A stretch of 50,239 nt of DNA from Elusimicrobiota bacterium (GTDB lineage Bacteria > CG03 > SLGR01 > JBDRKX01), in contig JBDRKX010000007.1 in the NCBI GenBank assembly GCA_043813605.1, forward strand, positions 1-50,239, written 5' to 3'. The translations under genes were made by a program, and so were the position numbers. The notes under the pieces are model-generated. The model was not told the DNA's origin. It searched no databases and was given only the letters and a program-made list of their open reading frames with translations. This document shows, in pieces, positions 27,639-37,294 of the stretch. Within the stretch, counting starts at the first letter, position 1. Each line of letters starts with the position of its first letter.

Positions 27639-28505
27639 TATTGCGGGCCGCTTTGAGCGCATATTTTGTCATAGGCGGACCAAGTATCTCGTATACAACC
27701 GTCGTTGCTATTATTGTAGAAACGATATAGCTTCCCTCATTCGGAAAGACATTTTTCAAGACCATTGCCATACCCAGAGCTACACCGGCCTGAGGCGCAA
27801 GCGCGATACCCAGGTATTTACATACGTTACCGGGTGCGGATATCAGCCTGGCACTGATATAGGATCCCAGTACCTTACCCAGCATCCTCGCAAGTATGTA
27901 TATAATTCCCACCATACCTATACTGCCGAGCAGGTTCAGTTCCAGGTTAGCTCCCGCAAGCACGAAAAACAGCAGGTACAAAGGAGAATCAATACTCCCG
28001 ATACTGTCAAAGAACCTGAAACAGGTCTTATCAATATTAACAAGAACCCCGGCCATGGTCATATTGGAAAGAAGCAATGATACTCCTAGAAAGAGTGACA
28101 ATCCCGCATTGAGCAGTATAAAACCCAGTATATATATAAGAAGTTCGGAAGAGCTTTTTACATACTTAGATAATACCGACAGCAGCCAGCCGAAGACAAC
28201 ACCTACAATAACAGCGCCTGCGATCTCTACAAGCCCGTGCATCACGCCGGTGAACACATGAGATATTACACTTCCTTTCACACCAACCATACTCCTTGCC
28301 ACAGCAAGTATAATCGCAAAAAACATCAGTTCCAGTCCGTCGTCAAAAGCCACTACACCAAGAAGTGTATTAGTGAATTTTCCCTTGGCTTTATATTCTC
28401 TTACAACCATCACTACAGCCGCAGGAGCTGTTGCAGTAGCTATTGCGCCGAAACAAGTCCCAAAAGCAGTATCAGCCCGAGGGATAACAGACTGTTTATT
28501 ATCAA
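27628..28505 (-). pseudogene. Cation:proton antiporter (CPA2/Kef-like) with an internal out-of-frame deletion
   Basis: N-terminus MIINSLLSLGLILLLGLVSA (TTG 28505, overlapping the CBS gene stop) is joined out of frame to FGAIATATAPAAVVMVVREYKAKG...VVAFDD...FFVLAGA...PQAGVA. Confidence 0.8.
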
Positions 28506-28984
28506 TATATTACGCCTTTTTCCGTAAAAATCGCATACATTATATCAAACATCTCAAGCGTACCGTTCAGGCGGTTTTCATCATCCGTGACTATAAGGAA
28601 CTCTGTCTGATTGGCTTTCATGACCGCAAATGCTTCCGCAATGGTGTTTTCAGGACGTATCGTGAGCAGCTGCCTGTTCATTATCTCATCGGCTACGATA
28701 AGTATACCCATCTCTGGTGTTATAAAATCAATGTCTATTTCCTCTTCAGGCACATTATCCAGAAAAGGCACTGTCTTGAGTAGCTGATTTATCTCTGCGG
28801 AATGGGGCTGAAAAACCGACAGTATCTCTTCCAGCGCAATCCGGCCGACAATTCTGCCTTCGCTATCCACGACCGGCAGATTGTTCGAGCGGTTATTCCG
28901 GAATATTTTTATTATCTCTTTAAGCGTAGTCCCACGCTCGACTTTTTTCTGTTTCTCAAAAAGACAGTCTTTTACCTTGAGCAA
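28502..28984 (-). CDS. CBS-domain pair protein
   Basis: Two CBS repeats (LPVVDSEGRIVG; LIVTDDENRLNG); coupled to the antiporter gene. Confidence 0.85.
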   Translation of the reverse strand: MLKVKDCLFEKQKKVERGTTLKEIIKIFRNNRSNNLPVVDSEGRIVGRIALEEILSVFQPHSAEINQLLKTVPFLDNVPEEEIDIDFITPEMGILIVADEIMNRQLLTIRPENTIAEAFAVMKANQTEFLIVTDDENRLNGTLEMFDIMYAIFTEKGVIY

Positions 28985-29005
28985 TCACACCTACCTGATA
29001 GATAT

Positions 29006-29878
29006 CTAATGGTGATGGGAAAGTATTATCCTGTTCTTCCTCTCACTAAAATCCTTGGCTTCCTTCAGTTTGTCTACAAGAGAGTAGTCCGCTTTCAAAC
29101 TGCCTATAGGGTTCTCTTCATCTCTTTTGCCATGAGAATCAGTACCGCCGGTCATGATCAGGCCAAGTTCGTCGGCTATCTTCTCAAATTTCCTTGTAAA
29201 CATCGCTGACTGGCTGGGATGATATGCTTCAAGGCCGGAAAGTCCGAACCTTTTAAGTTTTCCTATGAAATTTTTATGTTTTCCTCCGAAGACCGGATGA
29301 GCAAGAACAGATACTCCCCCTACCCTGTGTATCATATTAAGAGCTTCTTCAGGGAATATCCTGAGTTTCTTTACAAAAGCGGGCCTGCCTTCTATCAGAT
29401 ATTTCTGAAATGCCTCATATAAACTTCCTACAATACCCTTTTCAAGCAGACATCTCGCAAAATGTATCCTGCTTATTGAACCTGTAGATGCCTGGGAAAA
29501 AAGCATCTGTTCATCGATCTCGATACCGATTTCTCTCAATTTATTCAATATGTAATAAGCCCGGCGCTCCCGGGCTCTCTGAAAAACCTTCAACTTTCCC
29601 TGAAACCAGCTATTCTCCCAGTTAATATAGTAACCGAGTATATGTATTTCGACAGAACTGTATTCGCATGATAATTCTATCCCCGGTATGACCTCTATAC
29701 CCATTTTAGCACCGTACTTCAACGCCGGTTCTATACCGTCCGTGATATCGTGATCGGTAATAGCAACCGCTGACAAGCCGTTATCTTTAGCGGCCCTGAC
29801 AACTTCTTCAGGGGTACTCGTACCGTCAGAATATGTCGTATGTATATGAAGATCGACTTTTTTTACTTCTTCTATCAC
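29006..29878 (-). CDS. PHP-domain phosphoesterase (YciV/TrpH family)
   Basis: DLHIHTTYSDG, AITDHD, GIELS, IHILGY, VLAHP, TGGTDSHG motifs. Confidence 0.92.
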   Translation of the reverse strand: MIEEVKKVDLHIHTTYSDGTSTPEEVVRAAKDNGLSAVAITDHDITDGIEPALKYGAKMGIEVIPGIELSCEYSSVEIHILGYYINWENSWFQGKLKVFQRARERRAYYILNKLREIGIEIDEQMLFSQASTGSISRIHFARCLLEKGIVGSLYEAFQKYLIEGRPAFVKKLRIFPEEALNMIHRVGGVSVLAHPVFGGKHKNFIGKLKRFGLSGLEAYHPSQSAMFTRKFEKIADELGLIMTGGTDSHGKRDEENPIGSLKADYSLVDKLKEAKDFSERKNRIILSHHH

Positions 29879-31260
29879 TCTTCCTCTTTTCTGCTTTTTC
29901 TTATCATCTTTCTGATCTCGCTAGCTACGTCATCCTTGACTTCAGCCATGCTTTCAAAGGCCATTACGGCACGGTCCTTGACCCTCGGGTCTATATCATC
30001 CAGTAGCTTTCTGAGATATTCTATGAGTCCCGGAGCTCCTATTTCCCCTATTGCCCAGGCCGCTGTGAGCCTCATCCATTTATCAGGACTGTTCACCATG
30101 TCCTGCAGCGTTTTGGCAGAAAGCTCCGGGTTATACTGGTATATTGCCACACATGCATTACCCCTGACGCGGTTATTAGAATCAGTTAAATACGGCCGGA
30201 GCATCTTTTCTGCCACTCTGCTGTCAGAAACAGTTTTTGGTATAAGCTCAACACTGTCCGCCCGTGCCCGTATATGTGGATTAACATCCGTTATCACCCT
30301 TTCACCGAGGTCTATCTTCTCAGTTTTTTCGACTGAAAAAGCACGCGCCTGAAGGCTAAGCAATTCTATAAGTTTTTCCTGCTGGGAACTGAACTGGTTT
30401 TCCAGTTTGACTTTTATCTCTTCAATATCTTCCTGCGTCTTACCGGCTGCTGACATGGATATCTGTTTAACGACACTTTTCTGTTCTTCAAGCATCTTAT
30501 TTATGCTGCTTGCCACTTTCTGTTCAAGTTCAGCGGCGTCTTTCTCTGCTTCCTGCATCTTGCCGGAGAATTTCTCCTGCAGTTCATCAAGCTGATACTG
30601 GCTGTCAGTTGAAGCAGTGTATACTTTCCTTAATGTAAGTATCAGGAGCACGCAGATAACTATGAATACTACTGAACCGGCTAGCAAAAAAATGCCTATG
30701 TATTTCTGTTTCTTGATCGCTTCTTTAGCCAGTTCTTCGATCTCGATACGGGATTCTTCAAGCTTTTTCCTGTATTCCTGCAACTCTTTTTCACTTTTCT
30801 TCTTTTCCGATGCCAGCGAGTTTATCCTGTTCTGATAGCTGCTATTTGCCTGGCGTTCTTTATTTATCTTTTCCTGCAGCACATCAACTGCAGCTCCGGT
30901 TTCCTTTTGTGATTTTGATATCCCGCCAAGTTTATCATTTACTTCTTCAAGGTTCTTTTTTACTTCCCAGTCATCCGGGTTCAATCCGAGCGCCCTTTCG
31001 AAATACATCTTCGCTTTTTCAAGCTGGTTATTACCTGCTCGTCTTTTCCCTTCTTCAACTATGGACTTATATAAAAGCGTCTTCGCATTATCATTTTCAT
31101 CAAGTTCAAGTACCCGTTCAAAATCCTCAATAGCTCCGGCATAATCTCCCCTGAGATATTCCTTTGTCGCACGATCCATCAGGTCATCTGACTGCGAAAA
31201 TAGATATGCGCCGCAAAACAGGATGACCGAAAAAATACAGATAATTCTTCTTTTATTCAC
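29875..31260 (-). CDS. Membrane protein: signal peptide - TPR - coiled coil - TM - coiled coil - HEAT repeats
   Basis: TPR motifs (GDYAGAIEDFERVLELD; FERALGLNPD), TM YIGIFLLAGSVVFIVICVLLILTL, HEAT/PBS motifs (DSNNRVRGNA; MRLTAAWAIGEIG). Confidence 0.8.
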   Translation of the reverse strand: MNKRRIICIFSVILFCGAYLFSQSDDLMDRATKEYLRGDYAGAIEDFERVLELDENDNAKTLLYKSIVEEGKRRAGNNQLEKAKMYFERALGLNPDDWEVKKNLEEVNDKLGGISKSQKETGAAVDVLQEKINKERQANSSYQNRINSLASEKKKSEKELQEYRKKLEESRIEIEELAKEAIKKQKYIGIFLLAGSVVFIVICVLLILTLRKVYTASTDSQYQLDELQEKFSGKMQEAEKDAAELEQKVASSINKMLEEQKSVVKQISMSAAGKTQEDIEEIKVKLENQFSSQQEKLIELLSLQARAFSVEKTEKIDLGERVITDVNPHIRARADSVELIPKTVSDSRVAEKMLRPYLTDSNNRVRGNACVAIYQYNPELSAKTLQDMVNSPDKWMRLTAAWAIGEIGAPGLIEYLRKLLDDIDPRVKDRAVMAFESMAEVKDDVASEIRKMIRKSRKEEE

Positions 31261-32641
31261 TTAGCTTCATTACCTCCTTAAGTCTGTTATACAGATCCCG
31301 GACTTCAATAGAATCGGGGTTTATTTTCAAAGCATTCACCAGTTCTTCCTCCGCCTGAGTATACTCTCCTTTTTCAAGGAGATTACTCGCATTCAAGAGA
31401 TATTCAAGATAATATGCATCTTCGTATTTAGGCGCAAGGAGTTTCAGATTAGCCAGTTTAATACGCGCCTGGTCAAGTCTGCCATGATAGAATTCTACCA
31501 GTATATCTTTTTTAAGGTCTTCTGCACGGCCGAGTTTTTCTTTTCTCACATTGTTCAGCCATCTGTCTATTTCCCGTTTCAAGTCCTCTACCCTGTCATC
31601 CGTACCGTATGTCTCGCGATATTCTTCGGCTTTTTCCATAGCAGCAGCAGCTTCGCCCATATTAAGAAGCACTAACCCTTCATTATAAAGACCATCTTTT
31701 CCCAGCTCTGCTTCCTTTTGAAGCAGAGCTTTCTCTTTTTCAATCACTGCAATTTCCCTGCGGCTGGGAGACATTCCGAATTTATACGCAATATTGAAAA
31801 AATGCGCTATATTGTCATATTCCGTGACTATGGCATAATCAAAATCCATGTTTTTCGATACAAGACCAAACCCAAAACGCATATGCCCGCCTGTTACACC
31901 TGTCCTCAATGCTAAAGCCGGATCAGGACGGATCTCCAATCCATAGGAATCAGTTATATCAAGGTCAGCCTCTGTACTGTCAAAACCCTGTGCGTATATA
32001 TCAGCTACAAAACTGAAGTAATCCGCATGATATATATTCAAACCGGCTTTTATCTTCCTTGATGTTGTTTCGATCGTCTTAGACTGGCTGTATTCAAGTT
32101 CCGGAGCAAGAAGGTTCTCCCCGGTTATCCCGAGATTCAGCCATTTAAACATAGCTATATGGAATCCGGCATTGAGTGTTATTGCTTTTGCAGTATCATC
32201 CGAAAGTTTTTTTATGATCGATTCAGCCGCAATACCTACTGACAATGCTTTTAACAGGGAAAAAGAAAATCCGAAGTAATAATTCTGTATATAGTTGGAA
32301 GAATCCTTTATCCTCGCTTCGATACCTGCCCCGAGGCTGCCGGACGCAGTAAAAGGATATACATACTCCAGGTAAGTGAAATGCGAACCTTCAGACAGAT
32401 TGCCGTAAAAAAGGCTCAATCTCCCATACGGGTTATGAGACATACTGCCGGGATTCACATAAAGCAGTGAAAGGTTGTCGCTAAGAGCCACACCGGCACT
32501 TCCCAGCGCTTTCATCCTTGCGTTCGGGTTTATTTCTGCAAGCCATTCTTCCGCCCGCGCTTCTGTATTAAAAACATGGACAGCAAACAGCATCAGAATG
32601 GAAAAGACCAAAACAGTGATCGTGTTCTTTTTACCAGCCAT
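31253..32641 (-). CDS. PorV/PorQ/FadL-like outer-membrane barrel with C-terminal coiled coil and TPR
   Basis: Signal peptide; ARMKALGSAGVALSDNLSLLYVNPG plug motif; beta-strands up to AYKFG; TPR GEYTQAEEELVNALKINP. Start placed at ATG 32641. Confidence 0.72.
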   Translation of the reverse strand: MAGKKNTITVLVFSILMLFAVHVFNTEARAEEWLAEINPNARMKALGSAGVALSDNLSLLYVNPGSMSHNPYGRLSLFYGNLSEGSHFTYLEYVYPFTASGSLGAGIEARIKDSSNYIQNYYFGFSFSLLKALSVGIAAESIIKKLSDDTAKAITLNAGFHIAMFKWLNLGITGENLLAPELEYSQSKTIETTSRKIKAGLNIYHADYFSFVADIYAQGFDSTEADLDITDSYGLEIRPDPALALRTGVTGGHMRFGFGLVSKNMDFDYAIVTEYDNIAHFFNIAYKFGMSPSRREIAVIEKEKALLQKEAELGKDGLYNEGLVLLNMGEAAAAMEKAEEYRETYGTDDRVEDLKREIDRWLNNVRKEKLGRAEDLKKDILVEFYHGRLDQARIKLANLKLLAPKYEDAYYLEYLLNASNLLEKGEYTQAEEELVNALKINPDSIEVRDLYNRLKEVMKLSE

Positions 32642-33140
32642 TATCCCTAAACTCTTTATTGAAACCGACATATTCAAGTGCGCGTTTCTCTATTAACGAC
32701 CTGTCTTCATGATTAATATCCCTGACTTTTATTGCAGGAGTTCCCATATATACACCGCTTGAGAGCCTGCGGCCTTCAGGTACCAGTGAACTTGCTGCGA
32801 TTATTGAAAACTCATCTATTTCACATCCATCAAGCAGGACAGCACCCATGCCTATCAGGCAGTTATCCTTAATACTGCAGCCGTGAAGTATAGCGCCGTG
32901 ACCCACTGTCACATTCTTTCCTATCAGCGTGGGCATCTCGTAATTAGTATGGATAATAGTACCGTCCTGTATATTGGAGTTTTCGCATACCTGTATTCTG
33001 CTGACATTACCGCGCAATACGACATATGACCAGACAGATACGTTTTTCTCAAGTATCACGTCTCCTATCACCTGCGCAGTTTCGTCGATATAAACAGACT
33101 CGCTGATTCGAGGCCTGCGATCTCCAAGTTCTTTTATCAT
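32631..33140 (-). CDS. Gamma-carbonic anhydrase family protein (YrdA-like)
   Basis: Hexapeptide repeats, SNIQDGTIIH, TVGHGAILHGC, LIGMGA; ATG 33140 gives MIKELG. Confidence 0.92.
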   Translation of the reverse strand: MIKELGDRRPRISESVYIDETAQVIGDVILEKNVSVWSYVVLRGNVSRIQVCENSNIQDGTIIHTNYEMPTLIGKNVTVGHGAILHGCSIKDNCLIGMGAVLLDGCEIDEFSIIAASSLVPEGRRLSSGVYMGTPAIKVRDINHEDRSLIEKRALEYVGFNKEFRDNGW

Positions 33141-33179
33141 AGTATCATTTAGAAACACTTAAAGGATATAATACCAAAA

Positions 33180-35372
33180 TTACTGATTTTGACGCAAATT
33201 TCTCCGGGCGGCAATAAGATACTTTTTTGTGTTTTCATTCAACGGCTCATACTTCAATGCGGTTTCCAGATACGCTATAACGCGCGGCCAATCTTTCTTA
33301 CCCCAGTAAAGCACACCCATATTAAAATACGCCTGAGAATATTTTTCATCGAAAATTATCGACTTTTTATAGTTTTCTAATGCATGATCGAACCATCTCG
33401 ACTCCCCGGTCTGTCTCATTCTTTTCTCGTATATAGCTCCAATATTATTATATATCTCGGCCAGTTCTTTCTTTAAATGTTTATTGCGGGTATAATGGCT
33501 GATCATTTTTTCCAGCAGTTCTGCCGCATTCAGATATTCTGCTACAGCCTTGTCAAGCTGGCCTTTAGAGAAAAAAAGATACGCCAGGTTCGAGTATGGT
33601 TTATAATAACCGGGATCGATCCTGGATGACTTAAGGAACATTTTTTCGGATTCCGCGTGTTTTGATAACTTAAAATATTCCATACCCAGCCTGTCATAGA
33701 ACTTTGCATAAAGCCCTATAAAATCCTTTGTGAAAAAATCCGCTGTATCCAAGTTATATAAACCGGCATCAAACCTGTAAGCAGCATCTATCTTTTCAAG
33801 AGCTGCATCCGGATCATAATCTGTATCTGCAGGTACCATTTTCAGTAAAAGGCCGTACGGGACAAGACGGTACTTTTTATAGAAATCCTCACTTAGTCCG
33901 CCTGCCGCTGCCGGAGTCATATATACCGGGGCTATCCCGGAATAAACCCCGTAAAACCATTCCATGTACTCTTCATCATTAATAAAATCTTTTTTCCATT
34001 TCACTTCATTGTGATCTATTTGAAGCTTCTGCCTGTACCAGGCTGCCGACAAAAGGCCTTTAGACAGTACCATTACGTCCTTTCTAAAACCTTCAATATC
34101 CTTCAAATACCAGAGAGCAAAGAGAGTATGATCCCTCCTCATTATAACTGCCGCCCGCTTTTCTACCGAATTCAGTATATCATGAGCATAATCCCGGGCA
34201 ATGTAATTACTGCTCATATCCACCTGTGGATAGATTCTGTATACATTCGCTGCAGGAATCAGCATGGAAAGAAATACAACTCCTGTCCTGACGTTTTTTT
34301 TCTTGATAAACCCGAGAACAGCAGCAAATCCGATACCGGCAAACAGAGCCAGTACCAGTTCTGGTATCATGTACCCGACTTCTACTATTGCGACAGCATG
34401 GGGATTTACAGGCATTTTTGCCATAAAAAGAAAGAACGGCCCCGTAAGCAGGAATATAGCAATCAGAATAACGCTGAAAAGTTTCTGATCCCTCTTGCCC
34501 GTTTTTAGTGAAAGATATATTCCGCCTGACGACAAAACCAGGGCAAAAGGAGAAATATCCCTTATAACTGATTTCACGAAAAGCAGGATATGCGGCATAA
34601 ACACCTGTTTTAACGTGACTTCCTTTGAGACCAGATCAAGAGTATGGCCGTATGCCGACCTTGTTACAACTTTCCATAATCCTGCAAGAGTAGACGGGTC
34701 TCCCCAGTTTGTAAAAGGGCCCGCTGCTGCCCTTACAGGAAGATATATATATACACTCAGACCAAGAGCAAAATACAGGCAGTTCTTTATTACAGCAGGC
34801 TTTTTATTACCCGGAATAAGAACATATACTGCCATGGGCAGAAATGCGAATAATGATGTCAGATGATTACCGAGCATCAAGCCGGCAATAAAACTGAAAC
34901 TGCCGTATCTGCCCGTATAGAGCAAATAAAGCAGTATTGCCACAAACATCAGGTTGAGCGAATACATTTCGGCCACAACAGCCAGGTACCAGTTCATATG
35001 AGCAAAAACCGCTATCAGGCTTCCCAGCACTGATGCCGCCATATTACCGGTGATCTCAAAAAGAAGCAGTACGATAAAAAAAGCTGTGAACGCCCCGGCA
35101 ATACTTGAGAGCAGATTTACACTCCATGCAGGATTTATATCAAAAACCCCGCCTATAACAGTAGCCAGTTTGCCCAGTACCATATAGACAGGATAACCGG
35201 GTGAATGCGCTATACTCAGCGTTGTAGCGGATGTTATCAGTTCACCGCTGTCCCTGTAGGGAGGAACAGTCCTTGAACAGGTAGAAATATAAAATACTGC
35301 GGCTATAACAAAGCATAACCAGGCAAAAAAGTATTTATTCAGTTTTATTCCTGAGATATCCGATCTCATCAT
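33180..35372 (-). CDS. DUF2723/TMEM260-family membrane glycosyltransferase with C-terminal TPRs
   Basis: RDSGEL...IAHSPGYPVY, AEMYSL, NHLT, YLPVRA, NWGDP motifs; many TM helices; TPRs. Confidence 0.85.
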   Translation of the reverse strand: MMRSDISGIKLNKYFFAWLCFVIAAVFYISTCSRTVPPYRDSGELITSATTLSIAHSPGYPVYMVLGKLATVIGGVFDINPAWSVNLLSSIAGAFTAFFIVLLLFEITGNMAASVLGSLIAVFAHMNWYLAVVAEMYSLNLMFVAILLYLLYTGRYGSFSFIAGLMLGNHLTSLFAFLPMAVYVLIPGNKKPAVIKNCLYFALGLSVYIYLPVRAAAGPFTNWGDPSTLAGLWKVVTRSAYGHTLDLVSKEVTLKQVFMPHILLFVKSVIRDISPFALVLSSGGIYLSLKTGKRDQKLFSVILIAIFLLTGPFFLFMAKMPVNPHAVAIVEVGYMIPELVLALFAGIGFAAVLGFIKKKNVRTGVVFLSMLIPAANVYRIYPQVDMSSNYIARDYAHDILNSVEKRAAVIMRRDHTLFALWYLKDIEGFRKDVMVLSKGLLSAAWYRQKLQIDHNEVKWKKDFINDEEYMEWFYGVYSGIAPVYMTPAAAGGLSEDFYKKYRLVPYGLLLKMVPADTDYDPDAALEKIDAAYRFDAGLYNLDTADFFTKDFIGLYAKFYDRLGMEYFKLSKHAESEKMFLKSSRIDPGYYKPYSNLAYLFFSKGQLDKAVAEYLNAAELLEKMISHYTRNKHLKKELAEIYNNIGAIYEKRMRQTGESRWFDHALENYKKSIIFDEKYSQAYFNMGVLYWGKKDWPRVIAYLETALKYEPLNENTKKYLIAARRNLRQNQ

Positions 35373-35541
35373 CCCTGTTTGTTATTCTCCCTACAAACTG
35401 TTCCTTCATTATATCATCCAGCATGCCTACAGTCTTGCCGGGGTCTTTCTCCAGAAATTCCATCACTTCCCTGCCCGTGACAACCGGTCCGGAAAGAAGT
35501 CTAAGACTGTTTTTTGCAAGCAGAGTATTATTATCAACCAT
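35335..35541 (-). pseudogene. Probable remnant of the C-terminal tail of a CCA-adding/poly(A) polymerase (HD) family protein
   Basis: PVVTGREVMEFLEKDPGKTVGMLDDIMKEQFVGRITNRDDEIGYL matches the tail pattern P-l-l-x-G-x-D/E-l-M...PG-x-x-VG...EQ-x-x-G-x-I; no catalytic head is present. Confidence 0.55.
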
Positions 35542-35552
35542 ATTCCGAAGGT

Positions 35553-36317
35553 TTAAAACCAGGGGTTCCTGGGTACAGCCTCAAGAAGAGTTTTTGTATA
35601 CGGGTTTTCCGGCGAATCCAGCAATGTTTCCTTATCGGCATATTCCATTACTTCACCGTTCTTCATTACCAGTATATTTTGCGAGATCACCCCTATTACC
35701 TCAATATCGTGCGCAATAAATATTATCGTCAATCCGTACTCTCTGTTTATCCGGGTAAGTAAATTAACTATCTGGGCCTGTATTGATATATCAAGAGCAG
35801 AAACCGGCTCGTCGCAAACGAGTACCTGCGGCTTGAGCGCCAGCGCCCTGGCAATACCAAGCCTCTGGCGCTGGCCGCCGGAAAACTGGTGCGGATAATT
35901 TAATATCTCTATATCTTCCATTCCGACTTTCGCAAGCAGTTCGATCACTTCACGGTCTTTAACTTCCCTGAATCCGGTATCCCGTCCGGCTGATATTGCT
36001 TCCCTGAGCATATAACCTACGGCTAATTTGGGATTAAGGGAATTATAGGGGTTCTGAAACACCATTTGTGCGGGATTCTGTTTCTTAACTGCATCCGAAA
36101 GACCCCATACGAGTTCTCCAGAAGTCATTTCTTCCAATCCGCATATTATCTTTGCCAGCGTAGTTTTTCCGCTTCCGGATTCACCTACTATACCGAGTAT
36201 ATCATTCTTCTTTACTTTGAAATCAACTCCGTTCAAAGCCCGCAGAGCTGTTTTCCCGGTTCCGAGAAAACCCTCGCTGACATAATCCTTTATGATCTTT
36301 CTGCCTTCAAGAATCAT
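35553..36317 (-). CDS. oppF: Oligo/dipeptide ABC transporter ATP-binding subunit (OppF/DppF)
   Basis: GESGSGKT, YPHQFSGGQRQR, CDEPVSALD, PYTKTLL; ATGA overlap with oppD. Confidence 0.88.
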   Translation of the reverse strand: MILEGRKIIKDYVSEGFLGTGKTALRALNGVDFKVKKNDILGIVGESGSGKTTLAKIICGLEEMTSGELVWGLSDAVKKQNPAQMVFQNPYNSLNPKLAVGYMLREAISAGRDTGFREVKDREVIELLAKVGMEDIEILNYPHQFSGGQRQRLGIARALALKPQVLVCDEPVSALDISIQAQIVNLLTRINREYGLTIIFIAHDIEVIGVISQNILVMKNGEVMEYADKETLLDSPENPYTKTLLEAVPRNPWF

Positions 36318-37294
36318 ATATGGGTACACCTCGCAAAATGATCCGGCCCGGCTTTTTTCATACCTATCGGTTTCCCGGAACAGATATCAGTCTTATGGCT
36401 GCAGCGGGGCAAGAAACCGCATCCCGGCGGTATTTTGCCGGGTGAAGGCACTTTGCCGGGTATAGGACGGATATCCCTCTTGATATCGGATATACTGGGA
36501 AGAGCGCTTATCAGGCCTTTTGTATAAAAATGAACCGGGTTCTTGAAAATATATTCGGCAGGCCCGTATTCCACAACCTCTCCCGCATACAGGATATATA
36601 TCCTGTCAGCAAATTCAGAAACAAGGTTCAGATTATGCGTTATAAATATCATACTCAGGTTAAACTCATGTTTCAGCCGTTTAAGAAGGTGCATTATCTC
36701 TTTCTGTATGGTAACGTCCAGGTTACTCGTAGGCTCGTCAGCTATCAGCACTTCAGGCTCATTCAACAGAGCCATTGCTATACAGACTCTCTGCAGCATG
36801 CCGCCGGAAAGCTGATGCGGGTATGACTTTGATATACTGCCATCCGAAGGCAGCCGGACTTCTTCAAGTTTCTTTCTGATGACTTTTTCAACCGCCTCTC
36901 TATCCCGCCTGTTATGTGCAAAATAGGCTTCTTTGAGCTGTTTACCTATCCGTATCACCGGATTCAGTGAATTATACGGATCCTGTAATACAAGTGATAT
37001 CTTTTTCCCTCTTATCTCTCTCATCCAGACGGGAGATCTTCCGGAAAGTTCTACCTCACCTTTATTGTCCGACGGTTTGAAACTTATGGTTTCGGAAACA
37101 GTTCTTCCTTCAGATGGATCTATCAGACCGAGTATAGCTGCAGCCAGAGTGGTTTTCCCGCAGCCGGATTCTCCGACTATACCGATGCATTCGCCTTTAC
37201 CGAGAACAACATCAACTCCTCTTAAAGCCTCTACGTATCTGAGGGCGGAGCCATATTCGACTCTAAGGCCTTTTATACTTAATATCTTATCCAT
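36314..37294 (-). CDS. oppD: Oligo/dipeptide ABC transporter ATP-binding subunit (OppD/DppD)
   Basis: GESGCGKT, YPHQLSGGMLQR, ADEPT, C-terminal GCGFLPRC...C...C. Confidence 0.9.
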   Translation of the reverse strand: MDKILSIKGLRVEYGSALRYVEALRGVDVVLGKGECIGIVGESGCGKTTLAAAILGLIDPSEGRTVSETISFKPSDNKGEVELSGRSPVWMREIRGKKISLVLQDPYNSLNPVIRIGKQLKEAYFAHNRRDREAVEKVIRKKLEEVRLPSDGSISKSYPHQLSGGMLQRVCIAMALLNEPEVLIADEPTSNLDVTIQKEIMHLLKRLKHEFNLSMIFITHNLNLVSEFADRIYILYAGEVVEYGPAEYIFKNPVHFYTKGLISALPSISDIKRDIRPIPGKVPSPGKIPPGCGFLPRCSHKTDICSGKPIGMKKAGPDHFARCTHI

